This document shows, piece by piece, positions 24,001-38,072 of a stretch of 64,000 nt of DNA. The notes under the pieces were generated by a model. It was not told where the DNA came from. It made no database searches and was given only the letters and a program-made list of their open reading frames with translations. The position numbers were made by a program, and so were the translations under genes. Source of the stretch: Guillardia theta CCMP2712 (taxonomy: Eukaryota; Protista; Cryptophyta); contig NW_005434603.1 of assembly GCF_000315625.1 (NCBI RefSeq), positions 62,001 through 126,000 of the forward strand, given 5' to 3'. Every line of letters begins with the position of its first letter. Position 1 is the first letter of the stretch.

Positions 24001-25237
24001 GAGGGGGGGGAGGGGGAGGAGAAGGAGGAGGGGAGACTCGTGCTGGAGTCGGACCCAGTCTGCCATGGAGCAATGGCTGAGGAGTCGCCGTCCTGGAGGG
24101 ACCGGGAGATGTCTCGTTTGATCTGGAAGGCAACTGATTGTATCCTCTCCCTCTCTGCCTCTGAGCTGATCTGCATGCAGACCTCAAGGCAGGAAGACAG
24201 GAGGGAGGAGGACACCAGAGTCTCCTTCTCCCGTTGCTCACCTGGATTCGCCTCCTCCTCGCCTTCTCCTCCTCCCTGCTCAATGGTTGGATCGCAATAA
24301 ACCTCCTCGAGCTCGTTGCCTTCCGCTTGAACAAGGTCTGCATCGGACGCGTCCCTGCTCGCCCTCAGAACAGGCTCAAACGACAAGCAGCACCGGTACC
24401 TTGCTTGACCGGGATCAGGACCCTGGGCTTCAGCCGGACCCTCCGTGAAAGGGCGATCAGGTCCTTGTCCTGCAGGAGAAGGTGAGCAACAAGACAGCAG
24501 GAGGTCATCTGGGCTACCGGAACCTTGCCGAGAGAGGTGCTTGCTCTGAATTTCCACCGCTCACAGTTGGAGCTCCTTGACTTGGGGATGAACCAGGTCC
24601 TCTGCCTCAGAGTCTTGATGTGGAGCCAACGGAACCTGGGCATGCATGCGTCATACGTACGGCAAGGGGCAGGGTGAGAAGGAAGAGGAGAGAAGACAGG
24701 AGTAACAAGAAGAAGGACAAGGCAGGAAGAGAGGGGCGACCTGCGAGATTTTTCCCTTATCTCAAGGGTCGTGCCAGTCAGGACAATCTCGGTGTTCATG
24801 GTCTTGCAAACGACTCCAAGTTTCATCCAGAAGCTGTACCAGTCGAACTTCTTCTCCTTGCTCCCCTCAAGCTTAAGCTTCTTCACCCTCTTACTCGCGG
24901 ACTTTTCTGACCGAGTCTCACTGGAGGCTGACAGGCTGTCCGTCGACCACGTTGCCTCGGGCATTACAGATCGTTTGACGAGGTCAAACTTGGGGAGGGT
25001 TGCGATGGGCCGGATCTCCTCGCTCTCGAAGCTGGTAGCTGGCTTGATAGCGGCATGCCCTGACCCTTGATCGCTTCGCTCTTGAGGACTCGCGATGCCC
25101 ATGACCTCGTCGGGTTCGCTTGAACAGTTTGAGATAGACGAGCTCTCGAGCTGCGATGATCTCAGCGACGCCCCGAACCGCGCAAATGCTGAGATGCCAT
25201 GCTTGGCTGGAGAGCGCTTCACAGCCCAGGGAGCCAT
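21089..25237 (-). CDS. Multi-exon protein with an internal ubiquitin-like domain
   Basis: IQLFVKLPLGNTVCL..SSIAQLK / MRLCYGGRDLVDEGRSIESYDIRTGATIFALLRLLGG, with further exons on both sides. Boundaries are approximate; a gap at 23495-23594 could hide a gene boundary. Confidence 0.6.
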
Positions 25238-25809
25238 GAGGAGAAACGAGTTGAGGAGAGGACCTTGTCCGATAACAATCAAAGCCTAGATACTTCAGCT
25301 TGAGCAAGGTCGATGATCAGTTCTCGAGCAGGGAGGAAGTAGCACGAGGCACCGGTATCATATCCTTCATCTCCTTCAGCATCGCTCCTCCCTTACCTCC
25401 CGCCATCCTCCTCCCTCGACCTTACTCCTGCCGTTCCCCCCATCACTTTCGGCCGTTGACCTTTTTTACTTTGTTGACTCCTCAAACCATCACTGAGAGC
25501 TCCCAGAGTGGCAAGCGGACGCAGCCAGTGCCACCCGGCGTCACGGAAGGTTCGGCCCGGCCCGGCCGGCGCCGCTGCCAGGCTTAGCCGAGCGGATTCT
25601 GACCTTTAGGCAAGCTTACATGGTTGCCCATGCCCGGGCTCACTTCGAGTGAAAGACCAGTGCGAGGACATTCATGGCGGGGGCTGGCACGGGCCGGGCG
25701 ACAGTGACGTTGCCAAGTTGGATCATGAGGGGTACGGTCACAATGTATATAGTTCAATATACTGCTAGTGAATCAGTTGAGATGACTTGCTGCTAACTTG
25801 ATGATCGCT

Positions 25810-27344
25810 GCGATGAGCCCCACTGACAGGGCAATAGCGAGGAAGACATATACCTGGCACCTGACCAACATCGTTACACACCCCAGCACGAGCCCCTACG
25901 ATCACACTGACCCGCACACCCCCTGCCGCGTCCTCGTGCGCCTCCGTGTGCGGATGGATTGTGCCCTGAGTTGCTGGGAGGAAGACGTATGAGCGCCCAC
26001 AGGCGCAAGCATGCTGGTTGAGGCACCTGCAGCGCTCGGAGAACTTCTTGAGTGTAGAGAAGATCAGGAGTTCTATCTTGCTCGATCTCCACGATCATCT
26101 ATTTCACATGTCACGCAGTGTGTGAGGCCTGCGGGTGTTTACCTTCTCCACGTGAGGCAACATCTTGACTGGTTCTATCGGTTCCACTTTCTCCCTGTCA
26201 GTCTTCGTGCACATTTCTCCAAGAATCCTGCCACAACATCATCCGTTCAATCGCGGAAGAACCTGTGCTGCTACCATTCGTTGCCGTCTAACATGTGAAG
26301 TAAAGCGGCGATGAGCTCTATCCTATCATTGATTGATTTGAAGAGCGTTTCGCAGCCTTCACACAAACCCATGTAAGTTGAATCCATAAATCCATCAAGC
26401 GCTACCTTCTTCTCCTGGCTTTGTGCTGAGGACTGTGATGCCACGGTCTCTATCAGCAGTTGACATGTTGATGTGTGAGATGCACTCTCTGATGAAATCA
26501 GCAATGTGAGCAAGAGCTCTGAGAGCATTGTGATGCAGCGGGAAAGAGACGGGAGACCAGAAGCAAGCAGCACTCACCGGCATGACGGGCACAACCATAC
26601 TCCGTTCGAAGTCAGGGCGAAGCGTTCAGTGCTCTGAGCACAGGCCGCACAGAGGTAGTGCTTGCACCTGCCCCGGAAGGATCAGCCGTATGTCTTCATC
26701 CCTCGTTGCCTCTTCACCCGGTCACGACGGAGCTCTCACACTGGAGGTCTTCAAGGCAGATGCAGCACTCCCTACCTTCGCACGTATTCTCGGGCTCTTC
26801 GGTCGAGCCCCCAAACACGTTACGGGCAGGCCACATGGCTCGCACAATCTGAAGCTCGTAGAGACTCCTAGAGCTCGTAGACTCCGTTAAGGGCATGTTC
26901 GACGTGCGCTGGGGGTCGATGATAGACCGTTCGATGTTGATCGCAACGCTCCTCTCTTCAGCCTGCCTCCGGTTCGACGGGGCTCGCCCGATGCAAGCAA
27001 GGGTCCCTTCTCTGCCGGGGAAGCAAGACGCAGCATGGCACTCCTCACTCGCCGGTGATTCTGAGCTGAGCTCGCCGGTCAGCGGGACCTCAGCACGGCG
27101 TCCGTCAGAGGAATCCACCAGGAGGCGAACGTCCTGTGTGGATCTTGGCTGAGCGCGGTCAATGTCCGCCAGGTCCGATGTTTCATCTGCTGGTCGGGTC
27201 TCCTCGGGGTTCAGATTCACCTTCAAGAACGTCAATCTAGCTTCCTACCTCAAGGAAAACTCGCTCTCTCACCAGGTCACCGGGTGGGTCGGGCGAGCCT
27301 TCCAGTAAGGAAGGATCGTCTTGGGGCTCGCTTAAGTGATGCAT
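25810..27344 (-). CDS. C3HC4 RING-finger protein, multi-exon (ends approximate)
   Basis: Spliced ECCICLEDLQCESSVVTG|CKHYLCAACAQ..WLCPSCR. Confidence 0.7.
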
Positions 27345-28399
27345 CTGGGAGCGGCTTGCAGTCTGATCCTTATTGTGAGTCCACACGATTGTCCACTACT
27401 GCACACTGTGCCAACCAGCCTGAAGATGCTCGAATGAGTTTCTGCAGAGAAGGATCATGTCAAAGTCGACCGAGGAACAAACAGCTGTCCACAAAGAAAA
27501 GAAGGAAAACAGATGTTGATATCAAAGTATTGTAACTGAACAATGTCATGGGGTTGACAAGATATCCGAACTTCTTATCCATTTCTCTCCCTCAAGATTG
27601 TTTTACGTTCTGCTCCCTAAGTCTCCAGGCCCCACCTGTACAGCTCACTGCTCACAAAGGAGCGGCATCTCATTCAGGATGCAAAGACAACCAAGGTCAT
27701 TTCAATCATCACAAGTGCCTAGATAAAGAGCTTTGTCAAATCCCGATGCCATACTCTCACGTGTGGTGCTTCCCTGTGCTAGGTCCGATCGAAACTTTCT
27801 GCATCCTCCAACTTTGCGGGAAAATTTTGCTCCCCTCACCTAGTCATGCACGAACATCTACAAACGAATGTGACATCTCGGCGTCGATATGCTGTTTCTT
27901 GATGTCTAGCACTGGATCCCAAAAACTGCCATTATGATAGTCGAACCTTTGCTTTCCCTCCATTTCTCTTCCCTTTCCTTCATGCCATTCTTCTACCTCC
28001 GGCTCCTTCAATCAATGACCCACTACCCCCACCCCCTCGATTGTGAGTGTGCCCTCACCAAGACAGGCAGTCGATGCCTCCACCCCTACCCCGATCTACT
28101 GAATTCCCCTCTAGACCTGAACTTTCACCACCCCTCAGGCTTTAATGCACCCCCCGTCACAGAAACTACCCCACCCCACATCAGAGATTCCTGACCCGGT
28201 CTATTCCCCGGGATATTTCAGTCCAGTCCTCCTCAATGCAGCAATTGATCACCCACCCACCCTACTGTATATTTCTTGCCCCCCGGGGGGGGGGTATTTT
28301 TGGTACCATGCTAGGGTGGGGGAGGATGCTGGATGAAAGAAAGGGTTCAAAGTACCCCCTTCGATGGCAGTACCCTACCTCCAGTGTTAACTTGACTTG

Positions 28400-29060
28400 A
28401 AGACTGAACGGCTCGGACCGGGTGCAAGTCTTTAGCAGTACCGTATACCACCGGTCCCTCCGACCAGCAGGGTACCGCTACTATCCGGCAGTCACTGATT
28501 GCATGTGCAGTGATGAGTAAAACTTTAGTACGTCAAACCATTTAATCTCAGTACTCCATGTTCAATCTTTGTGTCGATCGTTGTACCAGTTACTTTAAAA
28601 TAGTGTTGCACAAGTACTGGGAGTATATCATCTTTTATAAAGCTAGAATCAGTTTTTGACCCGGAACTTCCGTCCACCGCCGGGTCCGAGAACTCAGTGC
28701 TGCTGGCGGTCGGTCTGAGTTGAAGCGGCGCCGGGCCCGGGCGGCCCAACTTGGCCCCGGCCCGCCCCGGCCGGGCGGGCCCGGCCGGACTCCCCGTACG
28801 GTCACGAGTCTCACGGACGGTTGTTGAATCCGGCTGCCACAGCCACCGCGCGGGAGGCTGGCCGCCGGGCGGGGCCGCCGGGCGGCGGGCCGGCCCGCCG
28901 CGCCGCCCGGCACACTGGCAGTGGGGTGAGAAGGCCCGGTGTTCAACTTCAAGTTAAGTGGCCAACCGTGACTGAGGTTTTCGTGTCTTTACGCCGCACT
29001 GCGCAGGCGGGCCCACGAGCATATCTATCTGATGGGGGGGGGGGGCGGTCTTGAAGGCGC
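28400..29060. other. GC-rich palindromic island between divergent genes, flanked by TACCC-rich tracts
   Basis: Composition; TACCC/GGGTA tracts at 28020-28380 and 29060-29170. Confidence 0.55.
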
Positions 29061-29107
29061 TGAGGGGGTCCTACGATAGCGGTATTGTAACGGTGTAGTA
29101 CCCCTGA
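29061..29107. repeat. 41-bp inverted-repeat mini-element flanked by direct TGA (possible tiny MITE)
   Basis: TGA-gggggtcctac...gtagtacccc-TGA; arms GGGGTCCTAC and GGGGTACTAC differ by 1 mismatch. Confidence 0.35.
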
Positions 29108-29983
29108 ACCCCAATTATGTACAGTCAAAATCACCGGTAGTCAATAGATCCAGTACCCCCAGTACCCCTTCGAATTCGTAGATGGGTCATCGGGTTCAGA
29201 TGTTGAATGATCAGGATGTGGGCCAGGGTTGGAAAGGATTTCACAGAATCGAGAACCGTCATAAAATAACTTGGAAAATTGACAATAAATCTTTCAAATT
29301 TTGAAATATTAATATAAACATTCTTATGACATACGCAAACACTGATTATTCTCTGGGGTCTTCGGGAAAAGAATGCTGAAGAAGGGCGAGCATGCAGTAA
29401 ATTCAGGCGGGTAGTTCAAGGGCACGAGGATCTATGGAGGGAGGGAGGGAGGAGAGCGAGCATGTGCATGAGCAAGGGCAGCAAGAACACAATCAAGCGA
29501 GGAAGGGAGTGCCCTGATGAGATGGGACATCATTTGTGTATCGCATGCCAAGGAAGGGGTGAACTTGGACGAAGCACCGTTTTTTTCAACACTGCCTGAA
29601 CGAGAGTAGCGGGGAAAGCAGACTCGAAAAAGAATGAGATAAATGTAGGAGTAATGGTAGAATTTTCTGTGCAGCGGTCAGGATGTGTTGTGTGCCCCTG
29701 GATGCATCGCATGCGCTGTTCAGTGAGTCCGTGCTGTTACACAATGGCATTTCGGCATACACGTGTGCAATAATCCAAGCGAGTGATCATGCATGTACAT
29801 GTTGTACTTTGCAAGATTACTTTTGTGATTGACAAAATCACATTTCTCACTTCGACTGATTCATCTCTTTGAGCGCAGGAGGTCGTTGTTGCCCCGCTGG
29901 TTGAGTCGACGCTTGAGTGTTGAGTGGTCCCGGTCGATGATCTGTGAGCGAGACTGATCATCAGGAGTTCTTGAGTGTTGCAA

Positions 29984-32320
29984 ATGTCAATCTTTCTCCG
30001 CAAGCTTGCAAGCAACAACAAGTCGCCCAACTTCCAGAGCTCTCAGGGAGTAATCGGGAGGCACGTTCGCCTCGAGGAGCATGGGAACACGGTCTTCTGC
30101 TGTGCCTTCTCCGGCGAGTCGGAGACGCACGACATCGAGCTTGCAACTGCCGCATATGATGGGACGACGAGGATCTGGGATGTTGCAAAATGCACTCAAA
30201 ACACGAGCAAGAAGAGCAAGTCTGTCCACCACTTGCTCGCTCCCCGCACAATGACTCTCTGTTTCCCGCAGGAAGATATTGAAGGGAAACTCAGGAGGGG
30301 TCTGGTGTTGCGTGTACTCCTCTAGCTCCCACGTTCTGGTGTCTGGGTGCTCCAAAGGCACTCTGTGTGCCTACTCGAGAGGCAAGTATCAGATCCTTGG
30401 CCGTCAGGACCTTGCTCACGGGCCCAACGCTGTGTTCTCCGCTTCCATGGTGAGACGTCCTGTCGCTACGCAGGCTGCTCGTCTTAGTGTGGTGCAGCAC
30501 GACCGGAGCGATGTGCTGGCGACCGGCGGAGGAGACAAGCGCCTGAAGCTGTGGAGAGTCGACGATGCTGATGTGAGAGCGCAGTTAAGACTCGTCGTTG
30601 TTGCCGTTGATGCTGCTCCCTAGAGCGCTACCCCGGGTATCTCAGCCTTGTCGACGCTGACTGGTCACTCGGGCGATGTTGTGTCATGCTGCTTCAAGCC
30701 CAACACAGTACTGCACGCGCGTGAGGGGAGGACGTCGTTGACTGTCGTGCAGGATCTGTTGGTGTCGGGGAGTGAGGACCGACATATCCGAGTCTGGGAC
30801 ATCAACAGCAACGAATGTCTGCAGACGCTGATCGGACACACGGCAGAAGTCTGTGCGTGCAGCTACGACCGAGACGGGTCGATGCTGGCGACTGCCAGCA
30901 GCGACAAGACGGTCGGGAGGAGGGAGTGGTGAGGCATGCTAGCTGACAGCAGCATCAGGTGAGAATCTGGGACTCAAGGCAGAAGAATCGTTGCATCCAG
31001 ACTATCAGTGGGCACAAGGCGTCAGTCTACTCCTGCACCTTCCGAAAGTGTTCTTTCGACCTGCTTGCTTCGGCTTCTCAGGTGAATCCTCCGGTTCTCA
31101 CGTCCTTGGTGTGAACGGCGGGCAGGACGGCAGCGTCGCCATTTGGGATCCAAGGAACTGGAAATGCTGCCAGGTGCAAGGGAGGAGGAGCTGTCAATAA
31201 ATCTCACTGTTCGCTTGCAGGTTATCCGCCAGCACCAGGGAGAGGTGGTTGGCCTGGCTTTCCATCCCCACGGTACCATGCTGGCGACCGGGTCGGCCGA
31301 CATGGCGGTCAACTTGTACTTCGTGAGGAACGAGGGCCCTCAGGTGAGGAGTTCCTGGAATGAGGAGAGGGGAGATGATGAGGCCGATGGCAGGAGGCGG
31401 ACTATGTCGACTTTGCTGGAGACTGGGAGAAGGAAGAGCCTACTTCGCCCATCAATGGCTCGAGCCCGCAGGTTGCGGCTCCTTACAGTCGTCCTCTTTA
31501 TCCTCACCCGCGCCGCAGGTCCCCGGCTCCTCCTCCCTTAGACCCGCAAGCGGCCCCATGGTGCGAGCACGCATGCGAGTATGCGCAGTTGTGGCTGACG
31601 GGTTTGAAGGTGATGGAGGTGGCGACCGAGTTCTCCCCGAGCATACGGCCAGTCGACGATGAGCTGGATCCGATCTCGTCCTTCAACGGCAGGGCTCAGC
31701 TGGGGAAGCAAGCCAGTGTCGTCCGGCAGATGGAGGCTGAGAACGTCCGGCACTTCCTTGTGACGCGGCTCAGTGTCGCTGACACTCCCGAGCAGGCTGA
31801 AGATGCTCGTCTGGACCTCGTCAGCCCCGACGTCAGGAAGGAGCTCGAGGACGAGCTTGCCCTCCAGCAGATCATCCTGGAGCAGGCCATGGAGAGGAAG
31901 CACAGGGACGGCTGGAAAGTTCGGGTGAGCTTTTCCCATCGTTGGCTGCCCCGGATGACGGCAGGAGCGCAGGACGCGGACCCTGAGGACGTGGAGGAGC
32001 TGAGAGTTCTTTTGAAGAAGTTCTACGTGGAAGGTGATGAACCCTGTGCGTCTTGACCTGCTTGCTGAGCGTCATGGGCAGTCAACCCCACGAAGCTTTC
32101 GAGAATCGAGGCTATCGTGCAAGACTATGCTGATAGAGGCGGAGGGCCCACGGTCAGCTTGACAGCAGTAGACGGGAAGGTGGTGGTGACCTGGCTTGCA
32201 GGAGAGAGAAGCGCTCAACATGGACTTGCGCGCTGTACTTGCTGGTTTAGAGAGTTGGTGAGCAGACTGACGGGCTGACAGGTTTATGGTGTTGACTTGT
32301 CAAGCGTCGCCTCAAAGTGA
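29984..32320 (+). CDS. WD40-repeat protein with a helical C-terminal domain, multi-exon
   Basis: EHGNTVFCCAFS..LATAAYDGTTRIWD; LTGHSGDVVSCCF; LVSGSEDRHIRVWD; GHTAEVCACSYD..LATASSDKT; QHQGEVVGLAFHPHGTMLATGSAD; tail LKKFY..NPTKLSRIEAIV..VYGVDL. Confidence 0.9.
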
Positions 32321-32581
32321 AGCGCTGGGAGGCTGAACATAACGCTGCGACCACTATGCTAACGGTAGATATCTACTCGAATTCTTCTTAAATGTACAAA
32401 GCAGAATAAATCGAAAACTATCATTGTCGTTGTTTTTATTTCACGATAATACATCCACACCAAACCAGATCCTTTCAATACTGCCAAAAGTCCTCAGCAT
32501 CTCGAGATCTCCTCTTCAATAAGTCTTGTCATCAGCTGCTAACTCTTGAGACTTCCGTGACCTGGTCCAACCCGAGCGAGC

Positions 32582-33512
32582 TCATTGTTTCGGCGCCTGC
32601 TCCTTCCTCATGTAGTAGATGACGACGCCTGTGCCGACCAACAGGAAGAAGATGACGAGGAGGTGAACTTCCTGCAGTTCAAGGCTGTGAGAACATAAGA
32701 TGCAACAGGCTCGTCTGACCTTGTCCGTATGTCCTGCAATGTAGTGCGAGTTGCTGCTATTCGGCTTGTCTTGGATGGCCTGCAGGTGCTCATCAACGAG
32801 GTGGGAGGGGACAAGCACAGGCTTCACCTCCTCGACGGACTTGGAGATCTCCTTGCCTTTCCCTCCCTTGATGTCTTTGGGGAGGATGTCACTGGCAATC
32901 GAAGAGCTCCCTCCTGCACGAGGGTTACATCAGACCACGAGCTGCCCAGATGTGTAAAATCTCACCTGCAGACGCTGAGGGAGAGGAGGGAGCCTGAGCA
33001 GGCTGAGGGGCTGGGGGAGCTTGCTCGGTCGCAGAGGCTGAAAGAAGAGTCAGCAGCAGCTCGAGTTTCCTTACTCTGCCTGACTAACCTGCTGCTTGGA
33101 GGGACTGCTTTGACCTGGAAGGCATCGGCGCCTGCATGCTTGCTACCTGCGACTGCACCGCAAGCTGCTTGCTCTGCGTGGGAGCCACGGAGTTCTGCTG
33201 CATCTGTGAGTCGGATGCCTGCTGAGCCTGTTGGGCAGCAGCGTGCGGGGCGAATTGAGGCATCCCACTAAGGTCCTGGTAGTGGGGAGCTTTTTGCTCA
33301 GCCTTGACCGTCTGATCTCCAGCCAAGAAAGCTGCCGAGGGGAGAACGTTAGAACAAGCAGATCCCAACCCTCCACACAACTCACAGATCACAAGGGCCC
33401 CTGCGATGATGCCCAGGAAGACAGTGCCAGCGTTCCAGTTGCTCTTGGATGGGCTCTTTGAAGGATTTCTATTCACATAGGATGTAGGCGCCACTGCACC
33501 ATACAAGGCCAT
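32582..33512 (-). CDS. Hypothetical membrane protein (N- and C-terminal TM helices, Q/S-rich middle)
   Basis: MALYGAV..VFLGIIAGALVI..|EVHLLVIFFLLVGTGVVIYYMRK; GT-AG introns. Confidence 0.6.
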
Positions 33513-33934
33513 CCTCCCAGTACAACTGTTGACAAGAAGAGATGAGAAACCTGAATTTCGATTCACAACTTGGGTTTTTTGATGTCTAATTGAGACAAGG
33601 ACCGCAATCATGATTTTGACAATTCCTCGAAATTGAATGCAATCTCTGTCACCTACTGATTTCAAGCTTGTATGGAATCTGACGCACTTCCTTTGTTTCT
33701 ATGGAACTACGTATTTTGAATGGCACTGATCTGTTTTCCGCATGCTTTTCAATCGAACATGGGGATGAAAATTCTCAATAGATCGTCAAACAACCAACCC
33801 TCTCGTTCAGGATCACATGACCGTCCTTTTTTCAATCTGAATCTCTAATCTCGAATACCTATCTGCAGCTCTCGACAGGGATCCCATGTCTTTTTGTCAT
33901 AATATGGCGCATCACCGAGCGCACTTGTATCTAA

Positions 33935-33990
33935 CATCATCTCATCATCTCATCATCTCATCATCTCATCATCTCATCATCTCATAATCT
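33935..33990 (+). repeat. (CATCATCT)n tandem repeat, about 7 copies
   Basis: Read directly from the sequence. Confidence 0.9.
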
Positions 33991-34289
33991 CTTCTCGCAT
34001 GTTTCTTTCGCATTCTCTTCCCTCCATCGCTTCTCATTCACACATGTAGAGCATCTCCTGCTGCTAGACTGTGACTCCCAAAATAGCTCGACCTACCCTA
34101 CCCTCCCTCAAGTACCCTACCTCTCTTCAACACCCACCGTCTTTACTACCCCAACCATCCAGTATCCCCAGATTTGTTATTAAAAGAAGGGGTTCAAGAG
34201 GCCATTGCATCCAGCCTGATATACTGATCGTTCTGCTACCTACCCCTTGTAGAAAGACCCCCGTTCATAGGGTCTATCAGCGGGGTGGT

Positions 34290-34940
34290 CTGACGGCAGG
34301 GCCTCCTAGTCCCGGACTCCCCGATACCGGGCTGCCCATCCCCGGGCCCGGGGAGTCCGATCATCATGATGATCAACCCGGCCCGGCGTGCCTTCCGCAG
34401 TTGTGTCCGCACTGCCAGGCTGCCAGTCACTGAGTGACTCCCGTCACGGGTGTCACCCTCGCGGCCTCCACCGCCTTTCCGCCGGACAGTTCTGCGGCCC
34501 GGGATTAGGCTTACTAAGTTACTGTTCATCCCCGCGACACTGTGACAACCGTGACTGATCGGACCGGACGAGTCCGAGTCCCGGAGCCAGGCTGAGTCCG
34601 AGTACTGCAGCACACAGGCTGGCAGTGACGCCGGCCGCCGGAAGTTCGGGCGAGCCTCGGAGTTCCGAACTCGGAACTGAAGTTCAACTTCCGAGTCAGC
34701 GGCGTTGGCCGCCCCGGCGTCACAGTGCACTGGCAGCCCGGCCTGGGACAGTCAGAGACAGCCGTGAGAGCCCCGTCACGAGTCCAAGGGCTCTCAGTCA
34801 AAGTACCGTACGGTTCAGTGCTCAGCGGCCCCCGCACCCCGGCCCGTTCATGGACTCAGTGACGGGTCAGCCCGGCGGAGTCAGAACTCCATTTGATGTA
34901 TTTGATTACTGAACTTAAATGAACTACCCGGTGCTGAAGG
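34290..34940. other. GC-rich palindromic intergenic island, with a TACCC-rich tract at 34070-34290
   Basis: GAGTC, TCAGT, GAAGTT/AACTTC and CCGG words. Confidence 0.55.
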
Positions 34941-34951
34941 CTGGTTGAAAG

Positions 34952-35962
34952 TCAAACCTCCGAGTCGTCGCCAAGAAAGCGAGCGACGTCCTTCTTCTTT
35001 CTCAGCACCTCAATCGGCGCTGACATCGCGAGCCGCATGTTCTTCTCCTCCTCTGCAGACGCCAGGGGCAGCAGAAGTGACAGGCAGAGCCGCAGACCCT
35101 CGTCCTCTTCCATCCCCCCGAGGTCACAAAGCATCAGCTTTGCCTCCACTACCTCCAGCGCCGTCATCCCTGCCCTGTACTCCATGCGCCCCTGCCTCGT
35201 CCTGGCCTGCAGCACCTCCAGCAGCTGCTCCTTCTTGCACTTGTTGATCAGGTACTGCAAGACCCTGTGCTGCCCTCCTTCGCACGCGTGATGCACGCAC
35301 GTCCAGCCCTTGTCGTCCTCCTCCACCGCCATCCTCACTCCATCCAGCCTCCATAGCTTCCTCAGCAAATCCAGGTGCCCATGCAGCGCAGCTACATGCA
35401 GGCAGTTCTTCCCGTCCAGGGACCGCTGCAGCAGCAGCTTCTTCCCCCCCTCCTCTACCAGCAGCTCCACTATCTCCGTGTGTCCACCCCGGCTCGCACA
35501 CAGAACAGGCGTCATGCCCTCTGAGCTGACGGCAAGCAGACTAGCCCTGTGGTACAGCAGCAGCTCGACACAGTCGAGCTTGCCCTGGAGGCAGGAGGAG
35601 TGCAGAGGTGTCTCCCCGTGCCTGTTTCCCAGCTCGACATCTGCCCGATGTTCCAGCAGCATCTTACAGATCTCCGCGTACCCTCCTGTTGCTGCCGAGT
35701 TCAGCGCCGTGTACCCCTGTCTGTTCCTCACGTCCAGCTGGCTTCCTGCTCGCAGCAGCAGCCCGACGTGCTCGCTGTTGCCCTGCGAGGCGGCTCGGAT
35801 CAGCGCCGTCTCCTCGTCGATCCCGCTGATCCTGTCGATTCCGTCGGCGTCTGCTATGAGACCTTCCCGCTGTGCCAGCACCAGCGCCGATCGCCTCCGC
35901 GCTGCCTCGATGTTGGCTAGCTTGTCCAGGCAAGGAGACTTGACTGGCATCTTCAGCAGCCT

Positions 35963-36006
<44 letters not shown>

Positions 36007-37981
36007 TCTCTCCTGCTCTCTCCTCCTGATCCTCCTCCTCCTCCTCCTCCTCCAACCTCACGAGCGGAGCCGACGATTTCTCCCTCCTCCCCTTCCCATG
36101 ACCTCCCTCGCCTCTGTTCTCTTGCATTCTGCCGCTGATCCACGCACTCTCCCACGCGTCGAACGCTGCGAACAGCGTCTTCCTCCTCCACCTGCTCATG
36201 CTTCGCTGCGCGCTCCTGTGCAGCATTTCCATCTTCGCTGTCTTGCTCTCCTCCTGTCGCAGCTTCCCCTTGACCAGCCGGTGCACCTGGAGAGAGCGCA
36301 TTAGAGGAGGAGAAGAGAAAGAAACAAACTTGCAGACGAGCAGAGCAGCGACAGACAGGGGAAACAACAACAACAACGACAACGACGATGACAACGACAA
36401 CAATGACAACGACAACAACAGAAGCAGCAGCAGCCGCAGCAGCAGCAGCAACAACAAGGAGCTCAGCGTGAGGAATTGAAGTAAGAGGAAAACGGTCAAA
36501 ATTCAGACAGCGCTGGAGCATGGAGATCAGTTGTTCTACCTGAGTGAGCGAAAGGTCGTGAATCCTGTGAAGTCCTGCGCTCTTCCAGTACCTCATCACA
36601 TCCTTGGAACCTTCCCGCACGTCCCGCAGCTCCTCCAGCGCGAGCGAGTAGTTCGCCTCCTCGTTGTACCACTGGGCCCCCCGGGCCTGGCAGGTGGCGA
36701 CAAAGTTGCGGCACTCTTGCATGATGTGGCGCGAGATTTCAGCGAAGTTGAGGCGGCTCCTGCTCCCTCCCTCCTTCCCTCGCAGGTTCTTTTCCACCGC
36801 CAGGTCTCGATGAATCTCATGCAGCGTGTTGACGGCTGCGGCGACGTGAAGTTGCTTCCTCCTCCCCTCGAGATCCTCCCTGACGTTCACACCCCGTCAC
36901 CGCCTCGAGATGGTGACCGGGGTGGAAAAAGGGGTAGGAGAGGAAGACGAGAGAAGGAGGAGAAGATAGCATGGGAAGGAGGAAGAAGAATGAGTGAAGA
37001 GGAGGAGGAAGGAGAAAGTTGAGAAGGGAGGAAGGAGATAATGGAGAAGAGGGAGGAAGCAAAACTTTTCGTCCCTCACCTTGTGAGGCACTTCAAGTTC
37101 ACGTTGAGCCGGATGGAGAGGATAAGGACGAGCTTCCTGCCAACCTTCTCCAGCCGCGGGCTGCCGATGATCTCCAGGTTAGACAGAGGCGGGAACAGGA
37201 TCTCATTCTCCTTAGGATACTGCGACAGCCACGAAAGCGAGGCTCCTCGGTCGACCTGCCCGACGTCGATCTCAAAGATGCATGGGAACTCTCCGTTAGC
37301 CGCGTACTGCAAGGCAACCTCCCTCTTCTCAGACGTCGACATGAAGGAAGGCTCTACCACCCCCTTGCAGCCAAACACGTCCTCGTCCTGAAAGCTCCGG
37401 GGTAGCTTCATCCCCTTCAGCCCCCGGTACACCTTCCTGGACCTCGGCACCCGCAGGATGTTGGAAAGCTTCATGATCCCCGACGTGATCATGTGGATGG
37501 TGTTGACGTAGTGGTCCTCCCGCTCCAGGTGCTCCCTCGCACTCATCACTGTCCTCCTCAGCGTCTCGTTGTACAGCACGTACATAGGCCCTGCTCACGG
37601 TCGTCAGGACGGCAGCAGCAGAGCAACTGGAGCATGCCTGTGTACAGCCGCAGGGCGATCACTTCCTCCTTGGTCAGCTTCGCCCTCTTGTACTCCTCCT
37701 GCTCCAAGAAGTGCGAGAGGGGCACACGGCTCCTCCCTCCCTCTCGCTCTCCAGGGTATGTCTTGCTCGGCTCAGGGTCGACGACGAACTCCCACTCCTC
37801 GCAAGGACAAGTCTCCTGCTCAACCCCTTGGTGAGCGCAGCAGAATCACTCCCTCCCTCCCTCCTGCTCTCTCAGATCCCCATCAAGATCTTTATGTAGC
37901 TGCTTGCTTCCTAGTCCTTGGCGCTCTTGCTCTCCTCCTGCCCCCATGGCTCCCTCCAACTCCCCTACTCTACAATAATGT

Positions 37982-38072
<91 letters not shown>

